Origin: an uncultured virus (IMG/VR IMGVR_UViG_3300002125_000001)
Lineage: Duplodnaviria > Heunggongvirae > Uroviricota > Caudoviricetes
IMG/VR virus record: IMGVR_UViG_3300002125_000001
Direction: 5' to 3' (one strand)
Length of the DNA: 20,000 bases
A program made the translations under genes and the position numbers. The notes beneath the pieces are model-generated. The model had not been told where the DNA came from, ran no database searches, and was given only the letters and a program-made list of their open reading frames with translations. Positions 7,107 to 14,713 of the stretch are shown one piece after another; positions within the stretch are counted from its first letter, which is position 1, and each line of letters starts with the position of its first letter.

Positions 7107-7901
7107 TCAATAGTCGCTGGCCGCCTCGAACCTGGCCTTTTCTTTTTCAAACTTAGCTTGATATTCTGCTAACTCTTGCCTCGCTTTTTCAATATATTCG
7201 GATTCAGAAACAGGGTCTTTTGAATAGGGAAACCGCCGCTCCAACTGCGCTAATTTCATCTCAGCCTGTTCAAACCGATCTTGGGCATCAAACATCCAAC
7301 GTCGTAATGCTGGCGTGTTTTGGGAATCTTCCCATTTCTTTATCTCGTCAAATTTTGGGATTGTGCGCTTTATATCGTCAAGCTGCTCTTTAATGACAGA
7401 TGGGCGTTCGTCATAGTCACGTTCGTTTCCTTTTTCATCGTATTTATCGGGGTTTCCCGTGGCAATCCTTTTCGCCCGCTCCAATTTGTCGCTTTCGCTT
7501 TCTGTTATTTGCCGCTGCGGTCGATCATCCTCTATCGGCAACTTTTTTTGGACCGGCTGTTGGTCAATTTCGGCCAACAATTGCTGAGCTTTCGCCTGCG
7601 TGTCTTTGCCGACACGACGGCGGGTAGTTGCGACAGCATCAAAAAACTGACGAGCGACTTCTCTATCTCGTTCGTCCCAGCTACCAATTACGTCCGCCAA
7701 CGTATCCGGCAACTCCAATTGGTTTTGGTCCAACGGACCACTTTCATCTCTTAGCTCGTTTAATTTTTCTTGATAATATGCGGCACGGGCGCCGTTAAAC
7801 GTATGTTTGTAGTTAAACACGCTCATCTGCGACATGCCCATCGCGTTGTGTGCGCCGGATTGAAGGTTCTCAAACACAGAAAGGTCTGCTAGTTTTTGCA
7901 T
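7107..7901 (-). CDS. Leader-family protein (MQKLADLSVFENLQ...MSQMSVFN), charged helical C-terminus
   Basis: Leader motif; 264 aa, E/K/D/R-rich; directly downstream of the protease gene. Confidence 0.8.
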   Translation of the reverse strand: MQKLADLSVFENLQSGAHNAMGMSQMSVFNYKHTFNGARAAYYQEKLNELRDESGPLDQNQLELPDTLADVIGSWDERDREVARQFFDAVATTRRRVGKDTQAKAQQLLAEIDQQPVQKKLPIEDDRPQRQITESESDKLERAKRIATGNPDKYDEKGNERDYDERPSVIKEQLDDIKRTIPKFDEIKKWEDSQNTPALRRWMFDAQDRFEQAEMKLAQLERRFPYSKDPVSESEYIEKARQELAEYQAKFEKEKARFEAASDY

Positions 7902-8024
7902 GGAAAATTCTGCTATTAAAGTTGTGTGTTGTTTTGTTCCGCCTTATAGGACGACGAAACATGTTTCCTAACTGAAACAAAAAACAAAAGGTTCGTAATG
8001 CAAGTTTCCGGGCAAAAAACTGCG

Positions 8025-9719
8025 TTAAGCCGCCATTTTGAATTCATCGCCATCTTCTTCCAAACGCGACGCTTCGTCGGCGACGATAAGTTTCTTCAAT
8101 TCCGGCGACATGTCCAACAAAAACGGGTACCGGGACGCCAGCGAATGGAGCTGCGCAAGGTAGACACGTTTCATATCGTCCGACGATTCGCCCAGGTACA
8201 TCGCCATAGCGTTCCGCGTCTCGGCGAATACCTCGTTCATCGCCTTCGTAAACGCGGTATCTACGCTTTTTCCGCTTATCGCGTCCGCCCCGTCATCGGT
8301 AGTTGACTGGGCGATCCGCGTAGCATCGGGCAACGAATCGGCTTTGGAATCCCCGTACTTTTTAATATGGGACAACACGGCGGCCTGCGCCGCCTTCAAT
8401 TCCACGTCAAGGTTTTCCAACTCACGCAAGTCGGCGGGATCGAGCGGTTTCTTAGCCTTGAGCAATTTTGCGTTCTTTTCCTCCAACTCCGCGATCCGTG
8501 TCCGAATGTCTACTGCAATAGCACGCAACCGCTTGCGCTCCGCATTCTTTTTTTCAACCTCTTCACTATCGAACGAACCCTTCGGTCGCCCGGTCGAGGC
8601 CGACTCCCACAACCCGTCCTCAGTCTGCCGGAACTTAAACCCGCCACGCGCGTCGTTCAGAAGGTTCAGAATCAACGCCTCATTGAATGAGGTAACGAGT
8701 ACCTGTGCCGCGTTTCTTAATTTCTTAACCGTACTTACGAACAGGTCTTCACCCTCTTCCAAATCGTCGGAGGCCACGATTTCGGGGTTATCCTGCATCT
8801 CCTCACGAGCGGGCACCTCCTCAAGAACAATTTCGGGCGTGTCCGGCATAGCTTCGGACAAACTTGCCACTTTCGCGGGACCTGTCGGCGGCTCAATTGT
8901 GATTTTGTAACCCTCGGCTGTTGTAAACGATTGCACGCCGGGCATGACCGGGCCCGCGCCCATTGATTCCAAAGGCGGCGCGACGGCTACTTTTATTTCT
9001 GTATGCGCCGTGCCGTGCGCATTCGCGTTTTTCGCATCGGTGTGTCCCTGTTCTTCTCTAAAAAGTCGTGTAGATTCCATAACCGGCGACCCCGCAAGAT
9101 AATCATTGTTGATGTACGTAGTAATGATATTCAACGTTTCTCCCGCTTTCATTTCTTTTCGTTCGTTAATGAGCAACCCGGCCCCATCCGATAGGCTACA
9201 AGCGCCCTGTTTACGGGGCAGGATAGCGAGATGGTCGGCCCGGATGTTGATGATACGCCCGATATACGGTTCGCTATTCCATACGCCCTCATCCATGATG
9301 AGTTCGGAGAACAGACCGGTCGATATTTCCATCGGGAGCCGGTGTTTGATATGCTCAAGCAGGGTAGGGCACTTCTCCTCGGCCTTGCGTCTATCGATCC
9401 ACGCTTCGGCCTTGAGCTTACCGTCCACAAAATGCGTATTCATAATCATCCCGACCGCCTGCCGCTTGTAGACTTCGAGATCGGTCGCCGTATCGCCCCG
9501 GAACGGATGTTCGATTACGACGGGCTTGAAATTCCACATTTTGGGCGTTTTTGCCAACTCTTCGGTATCGTAATAAACGGGCCCCTGCGAGCCGGTATGG
9601 ACCCCTTCGAGGATCATCGTCATCGGGGCGACGACGTATTCACGGTCGTCAAGCGTTTCGTACCGAACCGTCGGGTCGATAGTTACGTTCCAAATGGTTT
9701 CTATTTTGTTGCGTGGCAT
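8025..9719 (-). CDS. DUF2213-type putative prohead maturation protease with C-terminal scaffold-like coiled coil
   Basis: N-terminal domain with WNFKPVVIEHP, EISTGLF and DHLAILP..GACSLSDGAG, typical of DUF2213-like phage head proteins; followed by an acidic linker and coiled coil. Confidence 0.8.
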   Translation of the reverse strand: MPRNKIETIWNVTIDPTVRYETLDDREYVVAPMTMILEGVHTGSQGPVYYDTEELAKTPKMWNFKPVVIEHPFRGDTATDLEVYKRQAVGMIMNTHFVDGKLKAEAWIDRRKAEEKCPTLLEHIKHRLPMEISTGLFSELIMDEGVWNSEPYIGRIINIRADHLAILPRKQGACSLSDGAGLLINERKEMKAGETLNIITTYINNDYLAGSPVMESTRLFREEQGHTDAKNANAHGTAHTEIKVAVAPPLESMGAGPVMPGVQSFTTAEGYKITIEPPTGPAKVASLSEAMPDTPEIVLEEVPAREEMQDNPEIVASDDLEEGEDLFVSTVKKLRNAAQVLVTSFNEALILNLLNDARGGFKFRQTEDGLWESASTGRPKGSFDSEEVEKKNAERKRLRAIAVDIRTRIAELEEKNAKLLKAKKPLDPADLRELENLDVELKAAQAAVLSHIKKYGDSKADSLPDATRIAQSTTDDGADAISGKSVDTAFTKAMNEVFAETRNAMAMYLGESSDDMKRVYLAQLHSLASRYPFLLDMSPELKKLIVADEASRLEEDGDEFKMAA

Positions 9720-9722
9720 AGT

Positions 9723-10073
9723 CTATTCAGTTTCTTGTTCGGGCACGCCGGGCGGGTAAAGCACATTGGTTTTAGCGATAAAATACGCGCGGACAAACGG
9801 GATAGCATCCAAAGTATGTATCGCAAACGACGAGCATATACTTACCAACCCGCCGTATAGAAACAACGAGACAAGGCAGGGCCACCCGAAAGATGCCGTC
9901 GTTAGGCAAAAGTACAAAACGCCGACCCAGAACCCGACGCACATCGGACATTGCGCCCCGTACCGCAAACCATCGGTCGGGAGCGAATCCCGCAGCGACT
10001 GAAGTATCGCCGAACGGGTAAGTATATTAACCAAACCGACAAGCGATATAAGTTCAAGTATTGCTATGTTCAT
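9723..10073 (-). CDS. DUF1360-like membrane protein
   Basis: Three hydrophobic segments and a CPMCVGFWVG motif. Start refined to the ATG at 10073 because the upstream extension runs through hairpin/terminator sequence. Confidence 0.65.
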   Translation of the reverse strand: MNIAILELISLVGLVNILTRSAILQSLRDSLPTDGLRYGAQCPMCVGFWVGVLYFCLTTASFGWPCLVSLFLYGGLVSICSSFAIHTLDAIPFVRAYFIAKTNVLYPPGVPEQETE

Positions 10074-10081
10074 TTTCGTTA

Positions 10082-10114
10082 TAAAAGAAGGGGCGACGGC
10101 AGAACCGCCGCCCC
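10082..10114 (-). terminator. Intrinsic terminator-like hairpin in the 5' leader of the minus-strand operon
   Basis: Minus strand reads GGGGCGGCGG-TTCTG-CCGTCGCCCC followed by TTCTTTTA (10-bp stem with one G-U pair). Confidence 0.65.
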
Positions 10115-10167
10115 AACCACCTTTTTCCCAAACCTTCTCTTGCGCGGGCAAGAACTCCCGCACCCGT

Positions 10168-10197
10168 AGTATACCAAATTTTCAGCTACCGTGTAAA
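10168..10197 (-). promoter_or_regulatory. Sigma70-like promoter, leftward
   Basis: Minus strand TTTACA (10197-10192), 18-nt spacer ending TGG, then TATACT (10173-10168); extended -10. Confidence 0.65.
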
Positions 10198-10290
10198 AAA
10201 CGCGCACTAGAGAATTTTTTTAGCACATTTACCAAAAATATGCCAAAATACACAAGAACAACCATCGAAGTTTACCAAAAATGCGCCGCT

Positions 10291-10320
10291 TTTACACGGA
10301 ACGAATTTTTATGATATAAT
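10291..10320 (+). promoter_or_regulatory. Sigma70-like promoter, rightward
   Basis: TTTACA (10291-10296), 18-nt spacer ending TGA, then TATAAT (10315-10320). GGAG SD and ATG at 10363 downstream. Confidence 0.7.
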
Positions 10321-10362
10321 GCGAAGGAATCGAATTTCTACTTCTTTCACGGAGACAATAAA

Positions 10363-10896
10363 ATGTTTGCTGATATATCCGTTTTTGAGAATTTACAGCG
10401 GGGCGCACACAGCGCTATGGGTCTGTCACATATCGCCGTTTTCAACGGGTTCGTTGACGACGAGGCGAAGCGAAGAGCCGAATGGTGCGACGCCGAAATC
10501 GGTAAAATGAAACAAGAAATAACTGAAATACGCGATGAGCTGCTAAAAGCGCACAATAGCTACAATTTTCAACAGTATTTAATGGAACGTGGCGAAAGCG
10601 ATAAATCACGAAAGGAAGAGTTGACAAGAAAAATAGAATACCTTGACGAACGAAACAAGCAACTACAGGCGACGGACACAGATGGAAAATTTGTTACCGT
10701 ATGTGCAGGAATTGAATCGTGCCTTGAGGACTTTCAAACACAAATTAGCAGGGCAATAGACAACCCGGCGCGACCAATACCACCAAAAAGACCACCAGGA
10801 CAATTACCAAAACGCCCTCCTCAAGGATTTCATAATTCTACGCATGGCACGCCACTCTGTTTAGGGCTCTCCGTGTTTAATAAACCTTCCGAATAG
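10363..10896 (+). CDS. Leader-family protein on the opposite strand (MFADISVFENLQRGAHSAMGLSHIAVFN), coiled coil plus Pro-rich tail
   Basis: Leader closest to that of 7107..7901; has its own promoter and SD. Confidence 0.8.
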   Translation: MFADISVFENLQRGAHSAMGLSHIAVFNGFVDDEAKRRAEWCDAEIGKMKQEITEIRDELLKAHNSYNFQQYLMERGESDKSRKEELTRKIEYLDERNKQLQATDTDGKFVTVCAGIESCLEDFQTQISRAIDNPARPIPPKRPPGQLPKRPPQGFHNSTHGTPLCLGLSVFNKPSE

Positions 10897-11174
10897 GCTA
10901 TACGGTGCATGGAAAAAAATACGCGGCACATACTATCCGAGTAGCAATTTAATAACTGCTCAGGGGAGAACCACGGATAAAATTCTGAAGCCTCGGCTCT
11001 AAAAATATAATTGATAAGCATATCTACCCTATACCCGTTATGTATGTCAAGACGCACATTTTCACAATCCAAATCTTCCTGTAGCGCCTTTTTCCATTTG
11101 TACCGTTGCTCGGCCCTAGAACGTGGGCCAACCTTTGGAATCTCAGCCAATACCTTATCCAGTTGTGAACCCAT
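10830..11174 (-). CDS. Hypothetical protein
   Basis: Likely start ATG at 11174 (MGSQLDKVLAEIP...); 3' end overlaps 10363..10896 convergently. Confidence 0.5.
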   Translation of the reverse strand: MGSQLDKVLAEIPKVGPRSRAEQRYKWKKALQEDLDCENVRLDIHNGYRVDMLINYIFRAEASEFYPWFSPEQLLNCYSDSMCRVFFSMHRIAYSEGLLNTESPKQSGVPCVEL

Positions 11175-11267
11175 GATACTGCCACGCCTTTCCTGCTTTG
11201 AACAATAGCCACAATATGCCAAAAACAAACGAAAAGATCAAGACGTTCTGAAAACGAAACAGCCGCG

Positions 11268-11287
11268 ATCCCGCCACGTGGCGGGAT
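11268..11287. repeat. Perfect 20-bp palindrome ATCCCGCCACGTGGCGGGAT
   Basis: Self-complementary; same CCCGCCACGTGGCGGG core as 4074..4099. Confidence 0.9.
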
Positions 11288-11302
11288 TCTCAACGGGAAG
11301 CA

Positions 11303-11857
11303 TCATTTATCTGCGACCGCCTGCGAGTAATCGCGGTCCGCGAACAGTTCGGCAAGACCCGAAATCTGCGACAACCGCAGTACCTCGTCCGGCTCCATGC
11401 CCAACTCACGGCCGATCTTTTTATCCGACCAGTTCCGACGCTTCAACTCAACCACAATATCGCTCATAGAAGACACCAGATGAACGCCGCGTGCGCGGTT
11501 ATGCCGTATGGTCGCCGCGATACGATCACAGCGATCCGTGCGCGATTCGTTGATAACAACAACCGGTAGATGCGATAGTTTCAATTTGTCTTTGCCGATA
11601 ATATGACGATGGAAACCGTCCACTACCTCAAACAAATCGCCATTAAAAAACGTTACGATAGGCTGCGTGAAACCGTCCGCCCTGATCGATAGTTCAAGAA
11701 GTTTCAATTCGGGCGTAGCGACCTTATTGGGGTTGTAGTCGTTCGCAACGACCAACTCGGAGGGCACCCAATAGACCTTTGAAACGGGGTGCTCGCCTGC
11801 CCACGCGGGCGCGTGTTCATACGCCGAAAAATCGCGTGTATCACCTACAGCCCCCAT
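11303..11857 (-). CDS. ibrB: IbrB/YbdM-like ParB-family protein
   Basis: HPVSKVYWV, ANDYNPNKVA..ELKLLELSI..DGFTQPIV, VVDGFHR and ATIRHNRARG motifs. Start refined to 11857, overlapping the ibrA stop. Confidence 0.85.
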   Translation of the reverse strand: MGAVGDTRDFSAYEHAPAWAGEHPVSKVYWVPSELVVANDYNPNKVATPELKLLELSIRADGFTQPIVTFFNGDLFEVVDGFHRHIIGKDKLKLSHLPVVVINESRTDRCDRIAATIRHNRARGVHLVSSMSDIVVELKRRNWSDKKIGRELGMEPDEVLRLSQISGLAELFADRDYSQAVADK

Positions 11858-13032
11858 GCGGCCCTCCGCTTTTTCATTAAAATTTTGTACTTTTCGTAGG
11901 CGTCCGATTTCGTGGGCGAAAACGAAAGCCCCTTGCACCAATAGTCGTTCCGCAACAGCGCCCGGCATATCCGACGCCAGCTGGGTTTACGATCCGAAAC
12001 GGCATTTTCTTGTTTAAGCGGCAACTCATCGGGTATCTCCGCGTACCCGCGATCTCGCCACCATTTCAAAAACACAGCAATTTTGTTCTCGTAATGTTCG
12101 CAAAGATGGCCCGGCATGGAATCGAGCAGCAACCGTGCGAACGCCTGCCACGTGATGCCCGCCGGTTTGGAAACCTTTATATTACCCAATATATTGCCCG
12201 ACGTTTGCGAATAGAGCGAGCCCGCGTTCGCACCGTTTACGCGGGCAACGACGCGGGCCCATGTCTCCGGCTCGATCCGGTGGAACAGCCACAAACCTTT
12301 CCGCTGATCGTCGCCGTAAGGCTGACAAATCCGCATCTGATGTATCGAAAGGCCCGCCTTGTGCATCAGATCGTACAACAGGTTATAGGGCAGCCGCGTC
12401 TTACCGAAAAAAGTCCATATATCTTCCGTTTTCCAATCGAAGATCGGGTACGCATTGTAGACGCCGCCCGGCATACGGGTCGTCCACGCCTTATTTGCGA
12501 ACCGTTCTTTGCTCTCGCTCCAAATGGTACGCCGCCGGTTCAAACTCTCCGCCATCCGGATACCGACAAGGCAACACGTAGAAACGCCGCCACCGTACCA
12601 TACGCCAAACTGCGGCACAAACTCTTCAAACTCCATCCCGTACCGGAAAAAGGGGAAGTCGGCACCCGTCTTCACTGGATAATTGGGCAACGGGCGTACC
12701 CAATCTTTTTCACGACCCGGCTCCCAACAAATCCAACGCGGCTCAAACTGTGAAACGGCGTTACGCAAAAGGATAGGAAGCGTACACCAAAAAGGCTCGA
12801 TATGCTCCGCGTACAAAGAAAACAGCTCGGAAACATGCGCAATCGTATGCGCGTACTGGGCCTCCAAATCAATAAAGAACAAGCCGACTTTTCGACCGCG
12901 ACGGGCCGCTTCTGCCAACGCAAGATGCGTCATCACCGACGAATCCTTCCCGCCCGAGAAAGATACGCAAACGCGGTCAAAACTATCGAAGCAAAACGCG
13001 ATCCGCTCTTGGGCGGCTTCAAGCACATTCAT
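11845..13032 (-). CDS. ibrA: IbrA/YbdN-like PAPS reductase family protein with DUF3440
   Basis: SFSGGKDS PP-loop, VGIR.AESLNR, YPIFDWKTEDIW, MRICQPYGDDQRKGLWL and PSWRRIC..LLRNDYWC. Confidence 0.9.
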   Translation of the reverse strand: MNVLEAAQERIAFCFDSFDRVCVSFSGGKDSSVMTHLALAEAARRGRKVGLFFIDLEAQYAHTIAHVSELFSLYAEHIEPFWCTLPILLRNAVSQFEPRWICWEPGREKDWVRPLPNYPVKTGADFPFFRYGMEFEEFVPQFGVWYGGGVSTCCLVGIRMAESLNRRRTIWSESKERFANKAWTTRMPGGVYNAYPIFDWKTEDIWTFFGKTRLPYNLLYDLMHKAGLSIHQMRICQPYGDDQRKGLWLFHRIEPETWARVVARVNGANAGSLYSQTSGNILGNIKVSKPAGITWQAFARLLLDSMPGHLCEHYENKIAVFLKWWRDRGYAEIPDELPLKQENAVSDRKPSWRRICRALLRNDYWCKGLSFSPTKSDAYEKYKILMKKRRAAWGL

Positions 13033-14570
13033 TTTACAATGCGGTACAACAGCGGGTCAAATTCGGTGTGTTTCTTCTGTATACGCAAAATATCGTCATC
13101 TTCAATCCAAACGGCGGCGTTGAGTTTCTTTTTTGCAGCCGTCATCCCGTTTTTATCATGCGGGTTCGATCCCGGCTTCACCTCGTACAACGTGCCAGTC
13201 CGCTCGTCAAGGAAATCGGGGAACCAACGGCGGCAAACGCCATCATCGGTAACGTAGCCGATAAAAACATTGTCCGACCGGTAAAGCCGCTTCAAATGCG
13301 GGTTATCGTAATGGAAAAGCAACTCCCACGACGAATCGTAATGAACGCCGTCGCGGACGTACTTCGCCGAACACAGCGGGCATTTCGTCTTACTATAGTA
13401 TAGCTGGCTAGGCTTCACTGTCCAGATTTGGTTATGCCGCCCGCACAAAAAAGTAGTACGGCGCGTAAAACCGTCCCATTCTCCGTGCAACGAAATCTGC
13501 ACATCATAGCCCGCCAGCCACTCCAAAAACGCCTCTTTCGGCCACGGGACCAACCCGGCGCATTTCGGGCATCCGTTGGGTTTGCAACCTTTTTTGCCGA
13601 TAATAACGCTTCTTGCAGACGTTGTCCATTCGTATCCGTCTATTCGGCACCTAAACCGTGCGGGCTTCCTTAAAAACTGAAAATCGCCGACCAGCTCTAT
13701 ATTGGGGTTCACGACGGCCAGTTTCGCCACAAACATCTCTTCCGTCCAACGCTCTTGACGCGAACAACGCGGACAGCATTTATCACGCGGTCTCGCGGCC
13801 ACAAAATTACACGGCTTAGCCGACCATCGACCATCCGCCCCGTACCCGCACACGTTGCACCGAACGGCAATCCGAGTCGTTATATTGACAAACGGGGACA
13901 TACGGACGATATGCGGGAAACGTTTCGCCATCAGCGCATCAAACGATTCCTGCGTGTACCGCTCCCGTTTGGAACAACGCGGGCACCCAAACCCATTCAA
14001 AACATCGGCAAGATGCGGATGCCATTCATAGCCACAGCCATCTACCAAACAACGAAAATGCGTTTTTTCTTTTTTCTTTGTGAAACCGCCGACCATCTCC
14101 AACAAACGACCCTGTTCTCGGAGCTGCGCATTCACTTTCTCAGGCCCCCAATCGTCGCCGAGCATCGTAGCCACCCGCTTCTTTGAACGGCGGGCCGACT
14201 CCTCCTTGTCTTTCAACAGATGGGCTACGCCGTACCGCTTCAAATGGGTAGCTCGGGACGACTCGACAACCGCAGAAACGTCTTTTTCAACGCCCAACTC
14301 TAACAACCTCATCCCAACCGCACGACGACAACAGCCATAAAATTCGGCAATCTCCTCTTGCGTCTTATTCTCCACCAAATAAAGACGACACAACTCCTCT
14401 TTCGTCGCCTGCGCTACCCGGGACGACTCTTTTTTTATGCCGTATTTCCTGCAATAATTATTGACTGTCTGCAAGCTACACCCAAGACGCCTCGCAACCT
14501 CTTCCTTCACAAGGTCCTGGACAATGTATAAATCAACCAGCTGCTCTTTAGAAAAACCTAACGATCTCAT
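13029..14570 (-). CDS. Putative free-standing (homing-type) endonuclease: two HTH repeats, four zinc-ribbon repeats, C-terminal PD-(D/E)XK domain
   Basis: LY...xEExA...GC twice at the N-terminus; repeated C..xGYEW...GCPRC/CPKC/CPLC units; C-terminal DSSWE...FPDF...YEVKP (TnsA-N-like). Confidence 0.7.
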   Translation of the reverse strand: MRSLGFSKEQLVDLYIVQDLVKEEVARRLGCSLQTVNNYCRKYGIKKESSRVAQATKEELCRLYLVENKTQEEIAEFYGCCRRAVGMRLLELGVEKDVSAVVESSRATHLKRYGVAHLLKDKEESARRSKKRVATMLGDDWGPEKVNAQLREQGRLLEMVGGFTKKKEKTHFRCLVDGCGYEWHPHLADVLNGFGCPRCSKRERYTQESFDALMAKRFPHIVRMSPFVNITTRIAVRCNVCGYGADGRWSAKPCNFVAARPRDKCCPRCSRQERWTEEMFVAKLAVVNPNIELVGDFQFLRKPARFRCRIDGYEWTTSARSVIIGKKGCKPNGCPKCAGLVPWPKEAFLEWLAGYDVQISLHGEWDGFTRRTTFLCGRHNQIWTVKPSQLYYSKTKCPLCSAKYVRDGVHYDSSWELLFHYDNPHLKRLYRSDNVFIGYVTDDGVCRRWFPDFLDERTGTLYEVKPGSNPHDKNGMTAAKKKLNAAVWIEDDDILRIQKKHTEFDPLLYRIVK

Positions 14571-14644
14571 AACGATTACATCTCAAAGAAAAACAAAATC
14601 GGAGCGCAGACCAAGTATGCCAGAAAGACAAAAGAAATCAAGAA

Positions 14645-14682
14645 AGACAAAAGAAAGGGGGCTGACAATCCGTCAGCCCCCT
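14645..14682 (-). terminator. Intrinsic terminator after the major capsid gene
   Basis: 11-bp perfect stem AGGGGGCTGAC/GTCAGCCCCCT (14656-14682) with a 5-nt loop, followed on the minus strand by TTCTTTTGTCTTTC. Confidence 0.85.
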
Positions 14683-14713
14683 CAAACTCAGCATAACGTT
14701 TCGAGGATTATGC

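Noticed and set aside
961..7901. CRISPR array or integron attC-type cassette array
   Set aside because: The repeats are protein-coding, vary synonymously and are irregularly spaced by hundreds of bp. I saw no attC-like structure, cas gene or integrase in the window.
961..7901. RiPP precursor leaders or Sec/Tat/type IV pilin signal peptides
   Set aside because: There is no hydrophobic h-region, Tat consensus or consistent double-Gly site. The C-terminal parts are 60-230 aa domains rather than short cores, and no modifying enzymes or transporters are nearby.
7956..7967. 12-bp palindrome GAAACATGTTTC in the protease-cargo intergenic gap
   Set aside because: Short, AT-rich, and I found no second full copy; not enough to call an operator.
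11024..11293. 89-aa ORF MRIPPRGG... as an intact gene
   Set aside because: TTG start, atypical composition and overlap with 10830..11174; only its first residues resemble a leader remnant.
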